Shown here piece after piece: positions 10,040 to 20,600 of a stretch of 64,000 bases of DNA (position 1 is the stretch's first letter; every line of letters begins with the position of its first letter). The stretch spans positions 5,146,001 through 5,210,000 of the forward strand of contig OZ281496.1 of assembly GCA_965637545.1 (NCBI GenBank). Reading direction: 5' to 3'. Under the pieces are notes generated by a model. It did not search any database, was not told the origin of the DNA, and worked only from the letters and a program-made list of their open reading frames with translations. The translations under genes and the position numbers were made by a program. This DNA is from Phallusia mammillata (taxonomy: Eukaryota).

Positions 10040-13000
10040 GATCTGTCTTCTCCATCATCATCAGGCAGTGCTATTGTTCAAGTAAGAATATTAATACTAG
10101 TAAAATAATCGAGTTCGCTACTTTATTGTTATCGTTTTACATTTAGGGAAAAGATGAGTCTCTTCCATCATCAACACCACGACGGACGTTCATATTAAAA
10201 GTTAAAAGACCACAACCACCATCGAGACCATCGCCCATACCATTTTTGCAGGTGCAAATATTTCTGATAAAATTCGTATCGTAAATAACGCAACAACGCA
10301 ACGGATCATTTTTTCAGTTTCTTTCAATCATTTTTTTAAGAATGATCAGGTTTGCTGTTCTCCACATCCAAAAATGTTTACTTCAAATTTACAAAGATGC
10401 ATTTCATTAAATTAACCGGTACTATTATGTTTAGTAATAATCACTCAATAAAAATAATACGTTATACACATGATGATTTGGTACAAAAGTAAAACAAAAC
10501 TTGTTTGATGTTATGTGATAATTTTTAAGTGTATTACTTTCGATCAGCTTCTACTGTCACCATCAGAAGATGCTAGTTTGCAAATGAGAATATTTCTGTC
10601 ATAAAAAAATCTAAAGTAGGTTATTTATGAATATTTTTTCTATTTTGTGTAATGATGAGTCCTTTCCACCATTTCAACCACCATCGAACCCATACAAATC
10701 TTATTCTATCCGATACACATCTTATTTCAAGATGAGCATATATTTGATATAATTCCTAAAGTAGATAACGTAGCAACTTTCAACTTTTAGTTCAAATTAA
10801 CCATTTAAATTTTGTTTATTCATGATTTCTATTACTATTGCGTCGAAAATTTAGATTTAAGTAAATTTTTGGCAACATGATATGCACCCAATATAGTGGT
10901 AAAAAACCATTTATGAAACATTTAAAGGTTGATTTTCGGGGTGTGTTGAACTTAGTTCACCTAAGCCTTAGTAGGTAATGGTACAGATCAGGGGTGTCAA
11001 GCTCGAGGGGTTCGGGGGCCACATTGCAGTTTGGAAATTATGCCGAGGGTCCATGTGATTTTTCATCTAGTTTTATACAGTTAAACAACTTTTCGCTACG
11101 ACGGCCGCATTGCAGATCCTTATTTCACCAACAGACGCCAATTATGTGCTAGTTTTCGTTTTAAAATTACAGTAAAGAAAAAAGGTTTATATCATATATA
11201 TGCCATCTATCGTATATATGCCATCGCCACAAATGCCCACATTAATTTTCAACTTGATGCACAGATTGACCTGCACAATGTGAAGATCAGCTTTAAGTAT
11301 TTATTACGTTATAATCTATATTGTGACGCTTTTCGTACCTGTTTTTTCGCATTGATTGCACACAATAGGCCTACAAAAAGTCCGACGCATATGGCTGCCA
11401 GGCTGGTAATTCTCTTTTCAGTAAGAAAAAATCTGTTTAGGGCAGTTTGAAAATCAAAAGTTTTGGCAAAGGAGTTTCAATTACGCCACAGCCGCCAGTA
11501 CATATATTTTAATGTGGCCGTAGGGCCGCAGGTTGTACATCTTTGACCGAAACTATGAGGAATTGTTTAAGTAGTATCATTTCTATTCATAATATATGAA
11601 CTTGTATTTATGAATTTAATTTCAGTAAATGTCTGTTTAAATAATAGCTTTCACTTTGAAAGGTGAGAAAAAATTGGTATAAGTAGATAAATTCTGACAA
11701 AATACTACAATTGTTGCTGACTGTTTGTGGGCTGCATGCGACCTGCTGGCCTCGAGTTTGACAGGCCTGGTATACATAGTAAAAAAAGAAAATAATGGTT
11801 TGGATTTATATCGCCCTTGGTTAATGTCTGCTGGGTACTTAGTCACCAGTTTTAAATTAACTGAACTTTAAAACCTTCGAAACATAAAACGTTGTAATAA
11901 AACCCTAACATCGTATTTTGTTCCTTTCAACAGGATGTTGATCAGTCCAAAGAGAGTTATGAGGTAAACAACAAATTAGGTTTTGCCTCAAAAAATTAAA
12001 ACAGATATTTTTGGAGCAACAAAAAAATTTCTCCAATGAACGCATTATTAAAAGTTTCAAAATGCACGCTAAAGATTCTGTCAACAAAACCCAGGATGAA
12101 AAAGCAAAATACAGCTTATTTTATCTTTTTAATGTTAACTTTTGTATTTGATTCTCAGGATTGTTTTTTCCCTCCTTCATCATCCTTTCGTTTCTCGGAG
12201 GTGAGAAAAAAAATTGTTGTGTTGTTATATCAAATAATATGCAGTGGCAAATTTTTAAAATGGTTTGTTGATTAATCCACATCCAAGAATTATGATTCAA
12301 AAAATTACATTGTGGTTTTATATATCCCGGTTAATGTTTGCTGGGTATTTAGCGACTAGTTTGATATTTACTGAGCTATACAAACCAGCAAAAAATCAAA
12401 ACGCTAACACCGTGTTTTCTTTTCTTGCAGAAGGTAAGTATCGCAGCCACAATAAGTTCCAATGTATGTTACATGGCTGCGTAAAATATCCAAGCCTAAC
12501 GGATTCATTACGTTCTCATGCAATTATGTTGACAACCTTGGTGGAAATGATACGAGCGTCGCAGACCCGTGGATCAACGATGTCTGAGAGTGCAACCAGT
12601 GGTTTTTAACTGATAACAGTTAATCTTGAGTTTTTTATTTTTAGTCCTGGTTCCGCAGACTACCATCGTCCATTTCGTCCAAAGAGGTAAACACCAAGTA
12701 GTAAACCCTTGGACAAAAAATATGCAGTTTTCAATGGAATGATTTTTTGGTGTGTCTTATTCCGTATTCTTGCTGAAAAAAGTGTTCCTCATATTAAATA
12801 TATTTATCTTCAGTTCATTCACATTTATTTAAAAAATGGTATAAAAAGGCAAACTTAAGACGTATTTAAAATTTCAGATCAAATTTTCTTGTGTAGATGT
12901 ATGATGTAAAACACATCGTGGAACTTCCACACAACGTAAACCGACCACCTCCAAACCAAGGTAGGAAATATAATTTGAAGATCGCATGTAAATCTAGTTG

Positions 13001-13171
13001 AACGCAACCATTTTTTTACCAATTAATGCGTCTTTTTCAGGTTTATTTGCATTTGAAAACTTTGACCCTAATGGACCTCCAGCAGAAGAACCACCTCAAG
13101 TAGACGACGGTGAGGTTCGAAACCCGGACAACCAGTTGCAACCAGAACACAACCAGCCCCATAATAACTGA
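10040..13171 (+). CDS. P2: 5'-truncated duplicate of gene P (frames still open)
   Basis: Exons 10040-10081, 10147-10251, 11934-11963, 12159-12200, (12431-12433), 12645-12686, 12897-12960, 13041-13171 (GLFAFENFDPNGPPAEEPP...HNN*). No equivalents of the P1 5' exons upstream of the 9853 breakpoint. Confidence 0.6.
10989..11769. mobile_element. hAT-type non-autonomous element (MITE)
   Basis: TIRs caggggtgtcaagctcgagg / cctcgagtttgacaggcctg. 8-bp TSD gtacagat / gtatacat. Empty site gtatagat in the P1 paralogue at ~5290. Confidence 0.85.
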
Positions 13172-14675
13172 AACTTGATTTAATGGATAAAAAAAACATT
13201 TACATAGCTTTATAGCACTCTGTCTGCAGAACTAGATCTGCTAATTATTTATTGTCTACCAGGCAGAAAAATCCGGACAACCAGTTGCAACCTGAACAAA
13301 ACCAGCCTCATAACAACTAATGGTTGCTTCAACGTAATTAAACAATGCAGCAATAGGCAAACCTGCTAAAACATAAAGTTCTTTATTGAGTTTTGGCTCT
13401 TATGAAAATAGAGCTACGCAATTGTACAATTTGGCACGAACTGCAGCACCATGCGCACCTGTCGTTCCTTGTAAATGTTGCGTTGCATTTTTCAGTAGTG
13501 CACTAAGCGAAATTTTTTGTACGTACCTTAACAGCTCACAATTTTTTTCCGACTGAAAGTGTTCTTGATTGACCAGAGGTTTAGCCACTTTGGTTCAAAG
13601 TAGTACAAATATCAACAAATACCCATTTGATTAATGCAACATGAACAAAACCAGCCTCATAACTAATGTTTGCTTCAACGAAATGAAACCATTTGAATAA
13701 TAAAGATGTAAAAATGAATCAGACCACAAAAATCCAAACCGTTAAAGTTAATAAAAGCAACAAATCTCATTTGGATTTTTTTCGAAACAATAACATGTAA
13801 AAAAAATTTTTTGTGCATATAATATAACATGAAAAATGATTGTTTATTGTTTTGTTAATATAATAATTTAACAGATTATATATGTTTACAGTAGGTTAGT
13901 TTGTATCAGAAACTAAATAAAACGTTTGATACAATCGATACACTAGGTGGAAGCATTAAGTCGTACACAAAATCGTATTCAGTCATCAAAATAACAATCC
14001 CAGCATGGAAACCAATTCCACCAGAAATAAGCTTGTTAAGATTATTTGTTCTCGACATTCAAAAACTTTTTTAATACTTAATCAGTAGATATTAATACTA
14101 TAAAACTTCTTTCAGTCTATGATTCTGTGATTGTCATTTTCCAAACATTTCAGTTTTACTTAGTGGTTCTCGTGAATTGTGTCGATTTAGCAATTGTTTG
14201 GAAAAAACAGCTCGTTTTGACTTGCCAACTCAAACCTCTAAAGAAAGTCAAATTGTGAAACAAGAAAAGTGGCTAGCAAACTTTATAATATTTGCTCCTA
14301 AAATGTAATTAGGAGAGACATGCTACACTAAATTGGTTAACTCAAACGTGGCAAGCACCAATGTTATTTTGGTGGTCATATAATCAACACACACACCGTT
14401 TTAACATTGCATCCGATTATATTGTAGTACAGTCATATAAACACAGAATCGCTCGCTTTGAAAGTTATTTTTCAGACAGAAATAAACGTGAAATTTTGAA
14501 TGCACTGCAGCTAATAATAGCTAGTTTTGATTGCTCTGAAAACTTTAACAAGCAACAAAGTTCAAAATAAAATGGTGCCGAAGTTGTTGTTTATGGGACA
14601 AATGCAAAATGTATCGTATAATCTAAGCGTCTTTATGTGGAAGGAACCATACAATGTTTGAGTATTTGAGAAAAT

Positions 14676-17600
14676 CTACAGACCAATTTGTTTGAACTTG
14701 AGATCTTGGGCAATTTTAGCCCATACAAGGTAGCAAGCACCTATAATTACAGCAGCCAAAAGAACAAACATAAAAAGTTGAAGGATGTTGTCCTCTGCTT
14801 CATTTTCTTCACCTCTGTCTCCTGGAGTGTCTGCGAATAAAAGATAGTTTAGCTTAGATAAACATATGTGTACGCGAGCATTAGCTAGTGAAGCTATAGC
14901 TTAACACTTCATAGAGCCTAAAAACAATACCATTCGCATATGCTTCAAAGTGCGGCAATCTTGCAAGAGTTTGAAACATGAATCCAGCTGATTCTCAACA
15001 CACTTCAGATTAAACAACCAGTTGATGGTGGGATTCTAATTCACACCATAACATTATTTAGACAGGATTAAAACAAACAAATCAATTGACATCAAGGCAC
15101 AGTAATTTTAGTCACAGAAACGGACAAAATGTTTGATGATTGAGGCTTAATATAGCTTAAGTTACATGTTTTAGTGTATAAAAACAATACTTTGAGTAGT
15201 TAAAACATAGGCAACTGCAGTATTTTGTTCTGAACTAAGTTATTATGCAGGAATAAAGAGTTTTTCTTCTGTGTTGGTACCTTGCATAAGCAAATACTTG
15301 GTAGTTTGTAAGATGTGAAGTGGTCCTGCAGAAAGTCGTTGGCTGCGCCCATTGTTGTTAACAGATCGTCTTTTTTTCCCACCACACATCTGCAAATCAG
15401 TTACATATTAATATTTTTTTCATGTATATATGTATGTATTAATAAGGATAAACAAAGCAGCTAAATAGAATCAGAAAAAAAACTTGTATGTAATGTTTTT
15501 TTTCCTGTTTATTTCAACTAAAGCAAACTCATTGGAGAATAAATTAATCGAATATAATCCACTTTACTTGCAATGATGCAAGCAGCTTGACAGCGGACTT
15601 ATTATTAGCCTTACACAACACACAAACTCAACTCACCTGTCCAGGGCATTGTCCAGTCGAGTTTTGACAGATGATCAGATCGCAGTGGATATAGATAAAT
15701 TGTTCTGCATCAGTAAAGTTTGTCCACACAAAGCTCATCAGCTTGAAAGTTGCAAAGTTGGATTCGTAATTTCGTATCAACATTTTTGCGCCGGCAACCT
15801 CACTTCCGCTGGGTGGCGCAACACATCTAATAATATTCACAAAAATTTACATAAAGTCAAGTATAATGTGCCGTTCAATATATTATGAAAAACAAGATCA
15901 CACGCTGCAAATCAAATACAAGTAATGAAGTAAAGCTTACCCGCTTACTACAACAGGGTAGTTTGGCAAACCACTGGAGTTATCAACGCGTGTCGCCCAA
16001 CATTCTTCAAGCTGTATACAAAATGGTAAATAAATCAAATGTAGAAACTCTATAGCACCTAAAAGATGCTTAGTGTAATGCAACAAGTGTAATGTGCATT
16101 TTTTTTATGAAACACGAACTAACATTTAGCAACCTTTGTTACCTTAATGATTTTGTTTTTACCTGGACAATGAGGTCATCGTTGCTTGCTGAAATTTCAT
16201 CAAGTTTCACTTTAGCAAAAATGTAGTTAGGCACAGTAACTTCCCCGGGAAAGCTTTCGTTGAAATATTCGTTGGAAAAGAGATTAAGAGCAACGTCAAA
16301 GTTTCCTGTATTCTCAGCAGAAATTTCAAGTGATCTGTAACAAACTTCTACGTTTAAGAAATAAATGGACACGTTCATGAGGAATTAGTCACATCAATAG
16401 ACGTCATTTACTGTTTTTGACTTCACCGTTTATTTTCCGAGTTGTTTGACTAGCACTAATAATAGAATAAAAATTAATCAACAGACCGTTGGAGTCTCTG
16501 TGCCATGTTTGGCATGTGCTTACACATGCAATGAAATGTGTCATGATTATAGTTTGCATTCTACGTGCTTTGCAGCATGTTACATCTGCCCTTGCATTAC
16601 ATGACAAGTATTATGTATATGTTTTGCATATTGTGCGCTTTGTTGACATGTGACATGTTTGGCACGTGCCGTAGATGTCTTCTTACCCGGCTTGTGATTG
16701 GACGTTGGATGACGAGAGAAGTAGTTCCGAGTCAAACAGACAAGTGACATTGAGCTTGTTTTGAACGTCGCGTTGGATCACTGCTGGGGACGGAGCTAGG
16801 AATCTCCAGATAAGGAAGGACACCGACACCTTTCCGTTCTCATTCTGTTAATAAATAAATAAAAAATATTTTTAGAAGAGTAGCAAAAAAGTTGACAGCA
16901 AGAAAAAGCACCAAAACTTAATCGTAACTTCTGTGGACGAAATGAATATGTGTCGATACATGGTGATGCCTGCCTGTATTTTTACTAAATGACATGTTGG
17001 GTGGAAGTGGCTCGATGAAGAAAACAGACATGAGTTTTACCTGATAGAGGCCTTCGCATTGGTCAATGTCAAACACGAACACCGGGTCTGACCCCGTGAC
17101 CTTGCAGTTATCATTAAGTTGAGAAAGGGGAGTTTCCCTGTCCAATGCGATGTAAAGTGTGTCACCGAGTTCGTAATCTAATGTGTTCTGTTCATCAGCT
17201 GTTACTCTGCGAATGATGGCTTTATTAGTTTACATGAACAACTGAACAATACTGGAAACACGCCATCGCATAATAAACTGACTATTTATCAGTATTTAGT
17301 CAGTTGCGCTGCGTTAAAACGTCATGGAGTGGAAGACCGTGAGGATTCAACTGCTGGACAATTACTGAGCGCGCAGTAGCTTGTAATGAATGTATCGTTC
17401 TATTAAGTGACTTATTGTTCAGGATTTCAAAAATAAACAAAAACATGCATAAAAGCAAAGACAAACTTACGCAATGGTCAAGTCTTTGGTCCTGCACACA
17501 CTCATTGATTGTTCCATTCCTACAAAAAAACTTTTAGTTTGCATGTAAGCTTGTGGCTCTTAACCAATTTAGTTTCGTTACCCATTAGCAGAAACCGGGA

Positions 17601-20600
17601 AGTTTTAACAACGTAAAAAAATTACGGCTTGTCGAAATATGTTAAATGACTACATACTGGAAAATCCATAAGTTTAAATTCCTGAAAAAGACTCGGTTTT
17701 TATTTTTCCAACATATAAACTGTTACAAACTGTCCCTCCTACAAATTACTGCTCAAACTAAGATTTTTCCTGTTGTTGAAATTTGAGTTCTACCTGATTC
17801 ATTGTTGACTGTCGCATTAAATCCCTGTGCTTGACCGCTTGCGTCGCTGACAAAGATTAATGTAAGAATTGTTGCAGTAACTGTATGATTCAACCCCCCA
17901 GTATGATTTCCAGTCAATCTTTCCACATTACCTTCTTCATTCTGGAACTGAAAATAAAATCACCGACCAATGTATAAACCAGTGAACAAGTGTGATGTAT
18001 GTTGTTGTTATAAAAGCTCAAATGTATTTTTTGGTTTGGGTTCAGTTTTTGTTTCGCATCTAAATTCATGCTCAGTCAAATTAATTTCATCGTTTTATAT
18101 TGGCAGATCTAACTTTAAACAAAAATTCTGTCTTGTTTAAAAATCGGGTGATGCCTGGTTTTTTGGTTCTTTAGTGGGATTTAACGAAAATGACAAAACG
18201 ACAATCACTTACGTAAAGAAAGTCGAATCCATCCTCGGTGTTATAAGTGGAGAATTGAAACATCAAGGACGAGCTGCTTTGCAATTGAAATCTCCAAACA
18301 CACCCAGCAAAAGCGGAGTAGTCACCCGGAAACATAGGAGATAACAAATTATACGGCAGGCTGTCAACATCTTCACCACACTCTTCAGCTGAATTGCACA
18401 TAAAGCGTCAATGGTTGATAGTTACGCTGCGGACGGACAGTGCAGATGGTGCACAAAACTTTGGTTTCTAAACAATTGCCAAATTACTTATGCTTTAAGA
18501 TCTACTCCGCGTTATGTAAGCTGGGTTGCCGTTTGGCCAATCTCTTGTCACCAGCTGCACTGAAGAGACGACAAAGGTTAAAACAGAATTAACAAGCTGG
18601 ATCTAAATACACAAAATACATTTTGCAGACTCCAAAATGGTGGGTGGTCAAGTTCATGATCTCATATTTTAGATTAACACATAGTTAAGCTTTTCCGTAT
18701 ACATCCGACTTACCGGGACTTATAAACACTTCTATTTCGACTGTTGTCAGGTTGAGGACACATGATACATAGACAGACGAGCTTTCAACGATAACCGGAA
18801 AAGATAAGCCTCCACCTAACAACGTACCAGCCAATGTGCCCGAATTGTCGATTCCCTCGTATATCTAGATTAAACCTAGATTGTATCTTAGTCAAAAAAC
18901 ATTTACAATTTTAGCAAAAAACATTTAACGCTCTTTTGGTTTGATGTGCTACTTCAATGTAGGTTTTTTCTAGCCTTTTTTGTCCACTTAGATCTTACCT
19001 AATGGCACAATAGTAGGTCAGAGGCAATCACATACATACATTAGCAAACATAGGATATCACAAGTTACTTGTGTGGGTTCCAAAATCAACCAAATTAATG
19101 CCCATGTTCCAAGTTATCCAATGCAAAAGTGCGTAAATAAGCATAAAGTGAAGATGTTAAACATTTGAAAGATTAAAATCACAAATTTAGTAATAGATCA
19201 AAACCATCAACAACATGGCTTAAACTGACGATCACTGTTTGCCTTTTTAACTAGAGTACAGTAAAACCAATGGACGATAAAATCCTTGGTTTAGCATTAC
19301 ACCAGTTGAACGACAAATTTGGTAAAATGCAACCTGGTGGACGAAACACTTGTTCGGTATTTTCTGAGGATCTTAATGCAACTTACAAACAAAACCATTA
19401 CCGACCCAAGTCATAATATACGAAATTCTACCTGACAAAAGTTGTTTGTAGCAAGCTCTCCTGAAGGAAAATAAGCAACCAATCTAGGGAAGTCGTCTCG
19501 GGAAACAAAACTAATAGTCCACGTGTCACATATAGCTGGAATATATTCAGTCAGTCGTGAAGAGATTGCTAGCCCAACATCACACCGTGCATCTGAAACT
19601 TAACATTGCATTTGCCAATAAGACAAAATTGAACCAATCCAAAAAATGTATATTAAGGTTAAACGAAATATGCCCTTTTCGTATTTTTATGGTTAAACGA
19701 ATATGCCCCTTTTCGTACGTTTCGTATTTGTTTACAAATATTTCAACAGTTTTGATACAATTAAACATTTCTACGTTTAAGAACAGATATTGATTAGTTT
19801 TTCTTTTCAATTTTGTTTCCTGGTACCGCAGAGCACTAAAATTTCTAAGATTGAAACAGTATGGGTGCATTGTGCTGTTGTCAAACGAGGATTGTCTTCT
19901 CAATTTCGGGATTTTAGTTAAGAAACGGATTAAATATAGGTAATATTTATTGGGAATGGAACGTTCAATACTAAAAGAAAAAGGAATTTGAATCGAAAAC
20001 GCCGCATAAGACGAGAGTGAAATAAAGAGAAAAGAACCGTTTGAGGGTGAAGGTTCGTGATGTTCTGGGCGAAAAAAATCACCAGGAACGGTGATGGCAC
20101 AACCGTAAACAAGTTCGGCCGATGAAGCCAGCAGGTATTTTTTTGGAGCTGTGCGAATACCAAACTCAACTTAACCTATGGTGGTCCCCTTGCCGACACC
20201 AAATCTTCTATGGTTTCGTTTATGCCCATGAATCTGTCCCTCCGTGTCACTCTCAAGATTGTTCTGAGGCATTTCATTTTAAACTCCAGCAGAGCTGTTA
20301 ACTCCTGTTCTCTGAGAGTTCAAGACTCAGAACCGTATATGGCTATACGGAGGATTAAAGCCTTATATAACCTAAGTTTTAGGGTTCTGGTCATGTCACT
20401 GGAGGTCCAGATAGTGCTCCTTAGACCACCACATGCCTGTGACGCCATGGATATTTTCTGGAGGACGTCAGAGGTACAGTTCGGGATCAAACTTCCGAGG
20501 AACTTGAACAATTTAACTTTTGCAAACTTGACGTTGTACTTGCATATCGTGCCAAACAAAATTTGAAGCGACAAGTTTGCGTGTTCACCGTATAGATGGG

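Noticed and set aside
16500-16680. CATG/GCAC-rich tract in Z intron 8 as a splicing-regulatory array
   Set aside because: Low-complexity sequence with only one UGCAUG on the sense strand; no further support.
17471-17519. INECVQDQRLDHC as a calcium-binding EGF start
   Set aside because: Wrong phase; the frame compatible with the neighbouring exons gives GMEQSMSVCRTKDLTIA, the start of ZP-N.
19836-19880. Hydrophobic ILEILVLC stretch as the first exon of Z2/Z4
   Set aside because: No in-frame ATG and a weak donor. True signal-peptide exons with ATG and strong donors exist at 23069-23129, 51175-51235 and 60841-60901.
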